Source: Antedon mediterranea
Lineage: Eukaryota > Animalia > Echinodermata
Direction of reading: 5' to 3'
NCBI RefSeq assembly: GCF_964355755.1
Contig: NC_092680.1
Coordinates: 13,277,045 to 13,341,044, forward strand
Length of the DNA: 64,000 nucleotides
The number at the start of each line of letters is the position of its first letter. The first letter of the stretch is position 1. The notes below the pieces were generated by a model. It was not told the origin of the DNA and did not search any database. It was given only the letters and a program-made list of their open reading frames with translations. A program made the translations under genes and the position numbers. This document shows positions 38,601 through 53,600 of the stretch, piece after piece.

Positions 38601-41600
38601 TGAATGTAATTACATCTGATACAATAAGGTCATAAAATTGTTTTTCCTAAAGTGATGTGGTGGGTGTAGTTTGACTATTAATTTCAATTCTGACAAAACA
38701 TGTTGGCAACTATAGTTTCCAGAATAACAGAGTTCATGTTGCTAACTTTCTATTAGCAAAGCTAGAAATTCAAGCTTAAAATATGAAATTGATTACTACC
38801 ATTGATTGATATCAAATAGCTTTCTCCAGAGGAAATGAAAATATCTGTGCTATGTATTGGCCTATGGCAAATTGGCCATAGCACTGTTATTATATTTTAT
38901 TTTTTAATTTCCTTATAGATAATCTATTTTCAGTGGCCTCCTTCCTAAGTCATCACTATGGATTTACTGATAAATGTTAATATTATCTAAAACAGATTAA
39001 ACATGTTTTAAGTGAGTGAGTGGCCGAGCGGTTAAGACAGTGGAACCGTAATCACGTAGCCATAACATCGGCAGGGGTTCGAGGCTCACTCACTCCATGG
39101 TTCTGGTGGTAGAACGAGTCTTCTCGGATAAGGACTATAAACCGTAGGTCCAGTGTACACAACTTGCTCGTGTGCACTTTAAAGAACCTAGTACATCTTT
39201 CGAGACGAGTAGGGGGTTACCCCGGTGTACTAGTACATCACAGCCACTGATCACCAACTGGGCCCTCTGGGAGATCAGTCTTTGACTGAAGAGGTCACCC
39301 AGTATAAAGATAAAACAAACAAACAAAACATACCTACTGTAGGTGAACTTTTACCTCACTGGTCTGATATCAATGAATGGTCTAAAGCTACCCCACCCTC
39401 TTCTCCATTCTCATCCCCATCACCCAGTTCGTTTTTATCATACTTAGTGCTCCATGGCATTTTTATGAAGAGTGGTATTCTAGTATTCATTTCTCTAATT
39501 TTTATTTTAGTCAATAAACATAGAGTACCAGGATCTATTTTATCATGTTATGTTATCAAACACACCACACAATCCCCATTATAAAAACCATTAACTACAA
39601 ATTTTGCATTTAAAATGGACCTGAAATGGACTTTCGATTTTCAAGAAATTCACACATGTTATTTAAATGTATCAAATTAACACAAACCCATACAAATAAA
39701 AACAAAATGTATAGTATTTTATATATGGTATATTCAGCGAAAATTACTCACGCCATTGCAATATTCTATTTCAACGGCCGTTGGAAGCCTCTATACTCAC
39801 GACGTCACATATACACACGACGATGATATCGAGAGCGTGTATGCCGCCCGATAGTCCGTGAATGATCGACGGCCTGGAAAGATACGCAAAGCGTTGACAC
39901 TAATACTAATTTATTCAATATCTAATGTTGTTGAAATATAGGTCCCTAAAATGTACTTTGTTTGTTCTAAAACCCGAATTTAGAAGGCCTACCTCCCAAA
40001 CCTTTACTAGGCCTAGGCCCCAATCCAGCGCGCGGAGTAGATCCACCACCCACATCATGCGGCGAGGCTCCTGTTTCATGTGCATCCAAGGACCAAAGCG
40101 ATATCAACAACTTGCTGCGCTCATTGTCAAGCCAAAGTAAAATGTGAATAAAATTCGTTTTCGAACTGCCTGATTCGTGAAAAATAAATTATCATCTCAT
40201 ATTACTAATTTAATTCTGCTAAACTAAAAACTAAAGAAACTAACACATTTTAGCAGTATAAATTACGAACGATATACAAAATACACGAACGGAAAATATG
40301 GATACGCATCATTGCGCACGGAGCTGTATCCCGGACAACGTTGCCAGGCCAACTTCGGTATTGCCAGAAAAAAACCGTTGATTTTAAGATTTTAAATCGT
40401 CATTTACTCGATGAATAACCGTTTATACGGTAATAATTTTATCTAAAAAAATTCTAAATACGTTTCTGCAAATGCACAAGCATTTTTTAAAAAATACTCC
40501 ATAGATTTCAAGAGTTACAGCCAAAAAACTGCAAATTGTCCAGGAATATATTTGCAAAGTGACGTCACCCGCGAATTATTTTGATTTTCAAATGGGGCTT
40601 TCCCCAAAAGGGCCAATTTATATTTTGTAACAATATACATTCTAGCAACACCTAATAGCCCCCAAAACATCATTCTAAAATGAAAAAAATCGAAAATCCA
40701 TTTCAGGTCCATTTTAACTGTAGTGTAGTAATCTTGTTTTAATGCACTGGTGTCTTTTTGAACTTACAACCTTTTAAATTGAAATGTTAAACTACACACA
40801 AGTTTATATAAAAAAAAGTATAATGTCCTGTTTCTTATAATTTATGACATAAACACAAATTACTTCAAAACTTCTATGTAAACTGATATTTCAACATTTT
40901 CAAAATATTTGAAACCTATGACTTGTAACAGTAAAATTGTTCATAATGTTTCTTTTAGTTGTTGAATGACACTATACCAAAAAAGTATTGTGTAAGCCAT
41001 TGCTTACGCTGCTGTACATGTGAACAGACTCTAATCCAAGTTGTCTTTGTCTTTTAATCTCGCTGTCTGCTGGCATACAATCAATGTTTTGTCTCCTATT
41101 GCTGGCAACTATCGGTCTGTTTCTGCTGTAGAGCGCCGAATAAACCCATTATTTAAAAAATTTTCATATTGACTACATTTCTGCTCAATTTTTGCTCTAA
41201 AATAACCGTTCAAAATGTAATTGGTCCTGGCGGTTAATTAATGTTAAATCTTGTTGCAGCTAAAAATTGCTCATCGATAACCGGTTAAATGGCGTTCTAA
41301 CACCGAATTGAATGGGTGTTTTTAACTGGTTAATTTGCGCTGCCTTTTAACCGGTTACCACATATTTGTCCTGCTTCTGCTCCCAAGAAAATGGAGTTAA
41401 TTTATTCACAACATTATTTTTAACCGGTTATTTTTTTGCAGTAGAAACAGGGTTTTGATTCAATCCTAAAGATCAACATGCAAAGATGCTGAAAATTCTA
41501 AATAAAAGTGAATTTAATTTGAATTTTAAGCCAGTATATTTTGTCTGAATTCATCACATCTTACAAAGCAACAAAACATCCTTGTTGAGGCGGTTAAATG

Positions 41601-44600
41601 TTGTGTACACACAGTAAAGCAACGCAAGGAAATAATCGCAACACAAGTAATTTTACCAACTCCTGCTTGTGATAGGTCAACTCACTCACATTGTGGCTAT
41701 ATGTGTTTGCATTGCGTCTGAAGCTTCTGTACTTAATATTGATATTCTAGCCCATGAGGTCTTTCTAAGTTTGTTTCATAAAAGTGTTGAACTTACAGCT
41801 GTATACCATACTATTACTGCACACGATTTGTTCCTCAGTAGACACAGCTTGGTACCCCAACCTATTCCTTCCAATTACCTTGACCTACCTTGTTTTCCCC
41901 ATATATCATCCAGGGCCTCTCTTGTATTTCACTGTATTCATTTATTGTTTTAATTTTCTGTTACATCAGAGTATCTTAATTGGACAGCTGCTTAGGCCTA
42001 GCAGATGCCAATGTTAGCTAGGCATATCCTTTCGTTTACTGATATACCAACTCAGGTGGTGGTCCTTCTAACGTGAGGTTCATTTGTACTTACAATTATG
42101 TGTCAATGTAATTATAAAATAGTTTGGTAACTTTGATACAATATAAAATGTATTCTCAGTACTGCCTTTACAAAAACTAGCTAGATAGCAAATATTAAGT
42201 AACTAATTCACCAATATTATAGTTTAAAACTAGAATATAATATTTATCATAATGTATAGATGAGTAGCTTGGTGTTACCAATCATGTATAAAAATATCTT
42301 GCCCCAATGTAGTTATTAAACTGTTATTGAAGAAAAAAAGGTTGAATATAATTCAAAGTATACAGAAAAGTCGGTCACATTAAACTAGAAAAGAAAATGT
42401 TAAATCCTTATAAATGCTATGCTAAAAGCCATCTAAATATCAACCGCATTATTAAACATTCTTAAATACCTGATACTTTAATGCTAACTACATTTATCCA
42501 GGTAAAAGTCTGACTTAGCCTCAAAGGAATTATAGATTTGTAATTTTAGTTTTTAAGAACTAACATAGACCACACACGGAGAACAGAACTGTACAAATCT
42601 CTGTAAACTAGTTTTTCACATGATGCAGTAAGAATATGTTTTATGTTGAATTTATTAAATCAAAACAATTTTGAAATAAGTCTAAATGGATGTTATGAGA
42701 TGCATGGGTATTACTGTATATGTGCAGAGGTGTCAATGGGTTAAAGAAAGAGGAAAGTTTCCACAGTAACTGTGGTTAAATTGTCCATAGAGATATTATC
42801 ACTGCATTGTTCAAGGCTATAAATGTATCATCCACACTCTCTTCTTATAGACTATATTATGTAGAATAAACAGTAAAATGTACAGTACTCCCATATCTAG
42901 TTCTTATGTTTATCGTTTTTCGAAATTGCTCTTGTTTATCCACTTGAAAACATTTCCAGAAATTTCCTCTTTACTTTTCAAAAGATTTAAGTCTGCTTGG
43001 AAACAGTGTTATTAAATGAGTAGCATTGACATAATAGAGGATAATAAAAGCCAATTGAAATAATACAGATATTTGACTAGAAACACATTTCACCCTTTCT
43101 ACTCCTAAGCTGATTGTCATTAGTCCATAAATCAGTCTATTTTTGTCAAGAATGACACATCTTGACATTGTTTATGTTGTTAAACAGCTTTAAATACATC
43201 ATTAAAGTCCTATAACATCAAATACATGATCATTTTCTTGATATCCTATCACCTTAAACATAACAATATTCCAACATTATTTTTGTCTTCAGACCACCTA
43301 TTAAGTAACTGTAGCTTCATTCTTAGTTATTATCATTTTATATGCTTTCTTAATCTTAAACTTTAAGATAAACATTACTTTAAAATGTATCATATTTTTA
43401 AAATAACTATTATAATATAACATTTAAAAAAAAGAAAAAAAAACAGGATTTTTTAGGGTTGACAATATATACTGTAAGTGTCATACATTTTAATTAAAAA
43501 AACAACACAAAATTCATGTGAATTCACTTCATTATTATTTGCCTTTGCACAAAAAGAAAACTATTAAATTTATACTGATAACATTTGCTCAGTAAAATGT
43601 TTACTTAATTGTGCTTTAAACCATGACAAAAAGTCACATTTAGTCAAAGTGGGAAAACCTTTGCCTATCAGGTATGTAAATGTTTATTGTGTTATTAATA
43701 GCTTATTGTATAAGATTTGTACTTGATTCCAGGCAAGGTCCAAAACAATTCTAATACCATTTGAGTGTGACTTTGCCAGTGGGATCTTAATGCTTGATAG
43801 ATATAGAAATACCTTGAAGAGATGAGTATGATAAAGCATGGAAGCATTTGTAGTTGAGAATGTTAGTAGATAAAGAATGTAATTCAACCTTTACCTTCCA
43901 TTCTTAAAAGCATTGCTGGAAAACATTAAATTTAAAAGTGGGTTGGAATATTGTAAAATTGTAAACATTATGTTACCTAAAGTTCTTCAAGAACAACAAT
44001 AACAATTACAATTACAGTTACAGTTACATAATAGTTCTGTCAAAACGTGTATAATATAATATTTTGTACAAAGTACAGTACTTTCATCAGTCTTTTCCAC
44101 GTGTAATATATCCTTTTTAAAATAATTATTTAACTTTTTAATGTTGTGAACTTTGATGTTTGAAAGCTTTATATGTAAATCTCTCGCAATTCAGTTTTAT
44201 TTTTATACTGCAAAGAGAAATATTGAATAAAAGCAGAATGAATGAAAGAAATATTAGGAAGATTATTTTTAATTTTAAATTCTATATAAGTCAAATATTA
44301 ACTGTGTTGATCAAGGAAAAACTACAGCATTAGAAAGCAAGAAGCAAGATTACAGTACAGGTAAATTATGTTCAACTTCCAGCGATTTAGGGCCTACTGG
44401 CAACAGAATGGAGCTTTTATAAAACAACAAAAAGACCTGATCTTTGAATAGAAACAGGCTCTTGAATGTAGCCTGACCTACATAAACTATTGTCTGTCAA
44501 TTACCTTCAGACAATTTGAATTGAGGGAACTGGGACATTTTCCTCTGTGCTTCTACTTTTCTATTATAGGAACTCTTTGGTAATACCTGTGCGATTTAGA

Positions 44601-47600
44601 TTTGTAACTGATAACATTCCAGCTATTGTTGTACAATGAAAAACAAATTTATAGTTTTACATGTTCTATTAAAGTAATTTGTTACCTTGTTATATTATCT
44701 TGTTTTGAAATAATTTCTTTGATACGTGGGATAGTATACAAATTTTTTCATCATATGGCTCATTTTAATATCTGAATTTGGCAATACTATTTTTTGCTGT
44801 TAAATTTATACTATATATAGGCCTAAAGCAAATTATAAAATGAAACGACATTGATATACAAAAAAATATTTATCAGACCAATTTTATCTTTTTTGATTTA
44901 GAAAAAATTGTAATATGTAATTCATAGCATAGCTTTAGAGATGTATTTACAGTATACCACAATAAATAAATAAAAATCAAATAATTGAACAACAGATTAC
45001 AATTATAAGCAATGAAAATATACGTTTTAGTATAGTTTGGGAGAAATACTGCAAAGTATAAAGTATAATCCCACCCACACTTAGCATCATTTTATACCCA
45101 GGCCTCATACATTTGCCTTTGTCACAGTATTGAACACTCAGTGCATCAGTATCTGGTCAGCTGAATATTGAAACACCTGAGTTTAACCAATCGGTTTACA
45201 TTATCATGTTTAGTGATCAATATTTGTTCAATGAACAAGCTAAAGTTTTTCTAAGAAGAAGTCAGACTTTAAGAAAGCATGTTCATCTGAGCTATAGTGT
45301 TTACTCAGGGCTTCAGGTGATGGCAGTGTCGGCAAGCATGTGAGACAGAGTAAAACAGCTGCGATGTCCTGGCATTCCGCTTTGAGCCACTGCTTGTTCA
45401 GAGAAAAAGAGACACTTAGGAAAATGATGTCTCTCAGCGATGACACTGGTCTTTTTTAACCTGGGGGTTAAGGAAGAAAGGATAGAATGTCATTAACATA
45501 TTTAAGAAAGCTAGCTAATTTATTCATTTATCTGTTTATAAAGTATATAAATAAAGCTTTTGTGTACAATAGTTGTAAAGAAGAAGCATATTGGACTGAG
45601 TTTAAAACTAAATAAACATGGATTTGGGTGCTGTCCAGTTTTGGAAGTTGCGATTCAAGTGAATTCAATTCTCATATCATTCATGAGGCCTAGTGATGAC
45701 ATTTTTTAATGATGAAACTATTTCAATAACAAGTAGATTCTAGTTGTGTAAGTATATTGGTATTGCCAAAAATATTTGTGTGCATTTTAAATAATATTTA
45801 ATTATTCGTTTCAGGTTTTCCAAATTGCATATATTATTCTAAAAGCAGCCAACTCACCTCGCCCTGGCAATTGGATCTTGGAGAGGTCAATTGACGGCAT
45901 AGTGTACAAACCATGGCAGTATTACGCAATGAGCAACGAGGATTGCTACAATGTTTACGGTATTCCAGCAAAGAATAGTATGTGGCATTTTGAACGAGAT
46001 GATGAAGTCATGTGTACTTCATATTATTCCAAATTAGAACCACTTGAAAATGGAGAGATACATACATCATTAGTAAATGGAAGACCATCAAGCTTATCTA
46101 GTCCATCTAAAGAATTTCTTGTAAGAAAAAGTTTATTTTCTTAATATTCTTTTAGTTTTTGTAATTAATTTGAAGGAAAGATGTTTATCTCCACTAAATG
46201 ATTCCTCTAATTGCAGGATATATAAATAATAATGAGACATTGTTTTTACTATTGAGGAATATTTTATTCAAGTTGTGTTATGACATAGCTTGCTGAACAG
46301 TAGCATCTCAAAAGCATAGTAAACAAATTTGGTTTACAGTTTGTTCATTTATTTTCCACACATTCAACAAAAGAGAACAGATAGTTATACTTTATAAAAA
46401 ACGAGATAAAGAAAGACAATGTGTGAAAGGAGATCAAAATAAGTATTAATTACTTTAAGCATTGACCACCTAAGCAGTTGTCGACATGACACGTAAACAA
46501 GAACTATATATTATATTGACAAAAAAAAATATACAAAATAAGAAAAAAACAACATTGTGAGTATGAATGGGATCGTATAATTTACTAATTAATGAAACGT
46601 TTTTAAGCAATATAATATTGAAAATGTTCCTTTCTTATTTTTTAGAACTTCACGACAGCTCGTTTTATAAGATTTAGGTTTCAACGGATTCGTACGTTGC
46701 ATGGATATTTAATGAGTGATCCAGAACTGCAGGGCAATATCGATTCACTGGTTACAAGAAGGGTAAGATCTTCATACCCATTACCAAATCATTTATTATT
46801 TAGTCATTATACCAATGCTGTATGTTTACGTTCTGAAATATAAGTGTGCTGATCTTCCAGGCCTGTTCTTCCTCTGTGTATCCCGTTTTTTGGGAATTCG
46901 CTTCCTCTAGGATTAATTTGTACCAACATTATTTTTAAAACTTCCTATTGGTTTGAGCACACACTTAAGAGTTGACCATTAAGTTCCAAATAAGTACAAC
47001 AATAAGTTTGTGACAATGAAAACCCTGCTGGGTTCTGGTTTTATTCCTATCAATAATGTTTTGTAATTACCTTTTTTTCCTATCATGATCACTAAAACTC
47101 CTCGTTAAAGTTACTTCATGTGATAAAATTGTTCTGACTTGCCACATTTGGCTGTAATACTTCTCCCAACAACTTCCTGTGAATTATTACTGTCTGTCTC
47201 TTGAGAATCTGCTTATATTCTTGCTAAATGGTTTGGAAAATTTGATTTACACCTTTATAATGTCTCTTATTTCATCAAACACATTAGGCTACTTAATTCA
47301 TTTAGATTAAGGACCATTATCCATATTATAACATCTTCCCTTGTGACTGCACATAGTAATATTAATAATGCCATACTTTCTGCTGTATTAATATTGAAAT
47401 GATTATTCTCATAATTGTCTTTATTTGTATTTTGTACTATTCCCATTTGACAGTTTAAAGATATAACAATGACAGTTACAATTTTAAAATGGAAACGCTT
47501 CTTTTTTGAAAATTAGTAAATCAATAATTTGCACCTACAGCAAATTAATCTAATCAAATCCATAAGTTTGTGACCTTAAGTTGTAGTTTGTAATTTCTTA

Positions 47601-50600
47601 AATTTGGGAACAACTGTACAATCCATGATAAAAGCATCGGAGAAATTTGTTTTATTCTCTATGCTAAAAAACTAAATAAAACTCAAGTTGTCAAATTAGT
47701 AAGTTGTCATATACAATTTCAGGTCTAGTGTGAACAGGCTTTATTGATACTAAAAGTGTTTTAGACTCTGTAAAATTGTGTCTGGACAGCAGTTTGTCTA
47801 CACTGGGTTATTAACCAGCTGAATGTTAACCTTTGTAGGAAATAAATAAATCATTTTAGCTTTGTCCTGGTTTGATATACCACATAATTCATACTAACAT
47901 TAGTAATAATAATGGGGTTGTGCCAATGGGGAAGGAACTAAAGTATGATTTGACAGAATTTGGTCTCTAAAACAAATTTAGTACAGTGTTATTATTATTC
48001 CTTGTTAAAGTCCTATAAACAAATTAAATAAAACTATTGAGTTAAATTATTATCTATTATAAGTAGAACTGTGAACTGTTTTTTTTTTCTTTTTTTTTTT
48101 TAGTATTATTACTCAATTAAAGACATCTCAATTGGGGGACAGTGTATGTGTTTAGGACACGCAAGAACGTGTGTACAAGACCCAACATCCCCTGCAGACA
48201 ACCCAGTAAGTAATTATACACGTACATTTGTGTTTATGGACCACAATTAACCTCTCCTCTGTAGAAGAATGGTATACTGCTGAGTGACTGGAGAAAAGCC
48301 TAATGATTGGAACTCAAAGAGGATGCAGTATCAATTAAAACATGGGATTGAAAAACTTAGACATTTTTCATCTCATTTGTTACTACGAACCAAATTAAAC
48401 ATTAAAGTATTAATATTAATTATGATACATTATTATGTAATTATTTTGCCAAAATTATTATAATCAAAATAATAATGAACAAATTGTATGATGCAAAGTC
48501 AACAATGTAATCAATATGATGTAATGCAGTGTAAATGAATATGATGTAATGCAGTGTAAATGAATGTAATGTTTACTTTGGCTTATTCATTACGTTTTTA
48601 AGGACATGATGTTAAATTGTATTTATCTTTAACTTAGATACTTAATCCATTTGACCTTTTTTAACCCTGCAGATATATTGATACCTTGTAAAAAGCTTTT
48701 GATTAAACCAGCTAACCGCTTAGTGCTACAAAATCGGCCGACTATATGTCATGAAATTAGAGACAGTATCTGAATTAATTGGTATCCTAGTAGCACTTGA
48801 TAACATCTAAATAAATTAGTCTATTTTGTCTGCATGACTACTTGAGATTCTGTAATGACTAAATGGAATTTAATGAGACCTGATCTGCCTCTATAGACAT
48901 ACCAACTTACAACATATCATAACATCTTACATAAATTGTTGATTAAAATTGTTATGTTTTGTAGTAAACAATGAAGTCTCCCTTAAAAAATAAAACATTA
49001 TACAAGCTATCAATGTACATCTTTTTCACAGATTTTAAGGTGCATATGTGAACACAACACATGTGGGAGTAGCTGTGAACAATGTTGCCCTGGTTACCAT
49101 CAGCAACCATGGCGACCAGGCAGTCAAATAGAGGGCAATCGGTGTGAGGGTAGGTAGTAGAAATACTCACTACAATATTCTTCAGGAAAATGTATGCAGT
49201 CTCTTTGTTTGTTGTTTACCTAAATGGTGTATAAACAGTTTTGAATTTGAACGAGGAACTACATTTGTCATAACCATGTAGTATATCTATATGTATGGAT
49301 TATTTATGGCAAAATTTATCGTTTCTATACCTTATTTTGTTTACCACAAAGTTTCTTTTTATAAAAGGAATTCTTAGATTCAGATTTAGTTTAGTTTACT
49401 CTAATTGATAAACTTTTAGTCCAATCTCTTAGACCCATATTCTTGAAAAGGGACTAATTTTACTCCAGGACTAAAGTTAATCCCCTTTCAAGAATACAGG
49501 CTTTTTAGTTTATATATTTTATTCACATTAATATGATGTTATTATTGTATATTCTCAGCTTGTAATTGCCATGGTCACTCAAGCTCATGCTACTATAGTG
49601 CTGAGGTTGCTAGGAAACAAGAAAGTCTAAACATGTATGGCAAATACATTGGTGGTGGAGTGTGTGTCAACTGTAGATTCAACACAGCTGGTAACAATTG
49701 TCAAACTTGTAAAGATGGCTTCTACCGCCCTCTAGGTATTGAACCTGATGATCCATTTCCATGCACAAGTAAGTGTGAACGCATGTTTAGTATTGATATC
49801 TTTGTTAGTAAAGGTGAATTTACCGACCATGCAAGTCTAAACGGACACTTTTATTGGTTAGTAAAGATGGGTTTTTGACATTTTCAACCAATTGTACCAG
49901 ATGGTACATGCACAAGTAATTTTGAATGAATACTGTGGTTAGTAACCCTTATTCTACAAAAGGCCAAAGGTCAATATAGCATCATAATGCAGTTTACCAG
50001 AGAACCTACTGATTATTTATGAAAATGCTGTTTTCTTTTTCAACTATAATGAAGACATAAGTTATATCATAATTTATAAACTAATTTTTCTTTTTTTTAA
50101 GGGTGTCAGTGCAATCCAGTTGGAACAACTGTGACCTTTGACTACATGATGATGTGTATCAAAAGTGATAGAGATATGCCCACTGGAAAGGTTTACTTTT
50201 TGTTTGGGTATCCTTAGGAAATTTAGTTGGCATAAAATCTGCCATTCCTATAGCTATACACAAAAATAAACACAAAATAGAAATAGTAAAATCTTAGCTG
50301 CCTGTTGTTAAGTTTACCTGATAGAAAAATGTATTTATTTATATATGTAACCTTTTTTTTAGAATCCTGGTGATTGTATTTGTAAGGAAGGGTTCACCGG
50401 GGCTAAATGTGACAGGTGTGCATTTGGTTACCGTGGTTTCCCGAATTGTCAGCCTTGTCCGTGCAGCACCCTCGGAAGCATTAATTCTGACCCATGTGAT
50501 GAACCATGTTTATGTAAAGTAAGTTCAACTAATTTGTTTTTAAACTTTTTTAATCTCATAAACACTTTGTAGACTCAATTATTGAATGCAATCAGTGGAG

Positions 50601-53600
50601 TTGTGGATTAGTGCTTATGATGCTTGACTATCAATCCAATGGTTCTGGGTTCAAGTCATTTTTACTAAATTACAACTCCACTCCATAAGGGATATGACCG
50701 GTTGGGCCGCCGACAAGTTGAGCCGCCGGTCATTTCTATGAAACGCCCAGTGCATGCGTCTTTTACGACATTTCGCGTAGTGATTAGGATGGTGTCCTAG
50801 TTCATGGTCTTGGTTTATTGTGTCATGAAAATAAATAATATATAATTACATAGGCCTATTACAATTAACACAGCAAAGGAAAGTAGTAATATTTAATAAT
50901 TTAATTGTTTTTAATCTTTCGAGGAAAAAATTCAGTGCACTCATAATTTTTCTCGCGTGTAGGCCTACCACGTAAAGTCACGTTGTCTCTCAGGACTAAT
51001 TAATAGAGTATTAACATTTTTCGAATATTATTTTTTATTTACTAATCTTTTAATATCATATTTTATTGAATTTTAAAATGTTAATACACAAAATATTTTA
51101 CTAAAAAACATGATTTTATATAATTATTTTACCGAAAAATGGAGTAGGCCTATAGTTCATACAACTGCCGACTGAGTGAGGGGCAACATGTTTACGTCAT
51201 TTTTGGCTAAAAACGATCACTTTCGGTGATGTTTTATATTTTGGAATCTACAAGCCAGATTTTCATAATTATTTCTTTAATTATAATATTTAATAATATA
51301 TATACTAAAAACCATGATATATATAAACGTTTGAATGTAGGCCTACATCGTTATCCCTAACATAAATTGAACGAGCACCGGCGAAAGTTAGCATTTGGCG
51401 TTCCATAGAAAATAACGTTTTTCTGGCGGCGGCTCAACTTGTCGGCGGCTCAACTTGGCCTAATCCCTCCATAAGACTTTGTTTATGAAAACCATCTTCT
51501 GTATGTTTGTCTTGTGAATAGGATTGCCACCTTTAAGAAGGATAGTGAATGAATTCACTTATGGTTTATTTTTAGCAATTTGCCTAAATATATAACAACA
51601 AAACAAAGATAAATCATGAATGATTTCACCGAACTTTCGAGTTAAAATAACGATAGTGAGTCATTTCATGAATAGGAAAACTGCCTTAAAATGTGACATG
51701 TTTCGAGAAACTATTCTCATCATCAGAACAGAAAACAACGCGTAGAGTACTTATATACCGATAGGACAGTTTTTTAAGGCAGTTTGCCTATTCATTAAAT
51801 GCCTCATTATCGTTATTAAAACAAAGATTATTTATGTGAAATTTAAGTTTCTTTTACACTGGTTATTATTTACAGCCTAATGTCATTGGAAGTCAGTGTA
51901 ATGAATGCAAACCAGGTTATTTCAATCTACAACAACACAATCCAATGGGTTGTACAAAATGCTTTTGTTTTGGTCTTACTACTGTATGTGAAAGTCTACC
52001 ATGGGGCATCAGAAAGGTAAACACTTCTGATTGTATGTTGAATGTGTATTGTGCAAATAAATCTGATTAACCTTTCCACAAAAAATGTAATGTCATGAAT
52101 GTTTTTTAAAAAGATATTTAGTTAAAGACATAAATTATATATAAAAGTTCACGAAAAAACAAAAATTATATAGCTTTAGTTTTAATTGTTCATTGAATTT
52201 TAATTTCAGATAAAGACTATGTCAGGCTGGCTTGTTACAAACTTTGACGGATCAAGTTCAATTCTTCCACAAAAAGAAGTCATCACAGAGCTGGCTATTG
52301 AGCACACTGCAGTGGTAGAAAGACTACAAACACCAGAATATTACTGGAGCGCACCTACCGAATTCTTAGGAAGAAAGGTAAACCATCCATTAGTAGGCCT
52401 ATGATGTATGCACACATCGGTATTAACTCTAAAGTAAAGTACAGAGCTTCACAAACATATCATTAGCATCAACACATTTTTCATATTAAATTTTCATTTG
52501 CACGTCTGTATTAATTTTTAACTTAAAACAATCACAATAACATTTAAAATATTAAACTATTTTAGAATCACTGACCAAATTGTTCTTTTTTTTTTTACTT
52601 TAGTTAACAGCCTTTGGTGGAAAATTTGAATATACAATTTTATTTGAAACTAGTAGACCAGGTGTAAAATCAGTCCCAGGAATGGATATCATAATGATGG
52701 TATGTAAAAATTAATAAAATTTTGATTTTGTAAAATCTTGAAATATTTGTGTGCTTTTTATATATTTCACGCTGTTTAACATGCTATTAGTGAAGTAATG
52801 TAATTTTGATTGTGTATATGATCATACCTACAGAACCCAGGGTTCTTTTAAAAGATTATTTTGAAGTCTCCCTTCATGGTCTTCTAAAATACAATTTTTT
52901 CTCATTTTTCAGGGAAATGGTATAATTTTGTACAGAAGTTTTTTATCAATTACACCTGACCAAAATGAGTTAGTTAGTGTACAAATGACAGAGGAAGGAT
53001 GGAATGTCTATAATAGAAATGTTGATATCAGAAGCCAACGACATGGACGCAAAGCAACACAGAGTGAATTTATGTCGGTATTAGCAGGCTTGACCAGGTT
53101 ACAGATCAGAGCTAGTTATAGTAATGCTGCAACATTCACAAGGTAACCTCTTGAAATATTTCATTCTCTTGCTATGATAATAATACATCATTTTGGACTG
53201 TCGCATTTTCATGTAGGGGTGTAAAAATTAATACTATTCTCTCACTTCAGAGAGAAGGGATAATGTCTGTTTATCCAAGTAAGAAGCACTAGAAATACCA
53301 CTGAAATAAAATGTCACACATCAATAATATTTTACTTTTTATATTTTGTAAATGTCAGATTAAAAGATGTTTCATTAGATGTTGTATCAGAAGATGCTAC
53401 TGATTCTGAAGCTGAATATTATACAAGTGTTGAAAGATGTATGTGTCCTCCTACTTTTGAGGGCTTATCATGCGAGGTAGGTTGTTGAATGAATATACAG
53501 TGGAATATATAACACTGAATAATAACATAATACAGTGAAATATGTATCAAAAACTTCTTATATAACAATGTTGCATTATTTAATGGTTAATGATTTGATT

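Noticed and set aside
39925-40140. Coding remnant such as THAP within the Kolobok-like element
   Set aside because: No frame gives a convincing C2CH motif.
41669-42017. ORFs in intron 2, possibly an RTE remnant on the minus strand
   Set aside because: Only a vague GKQGRSR similarity with stops; too weak to call.
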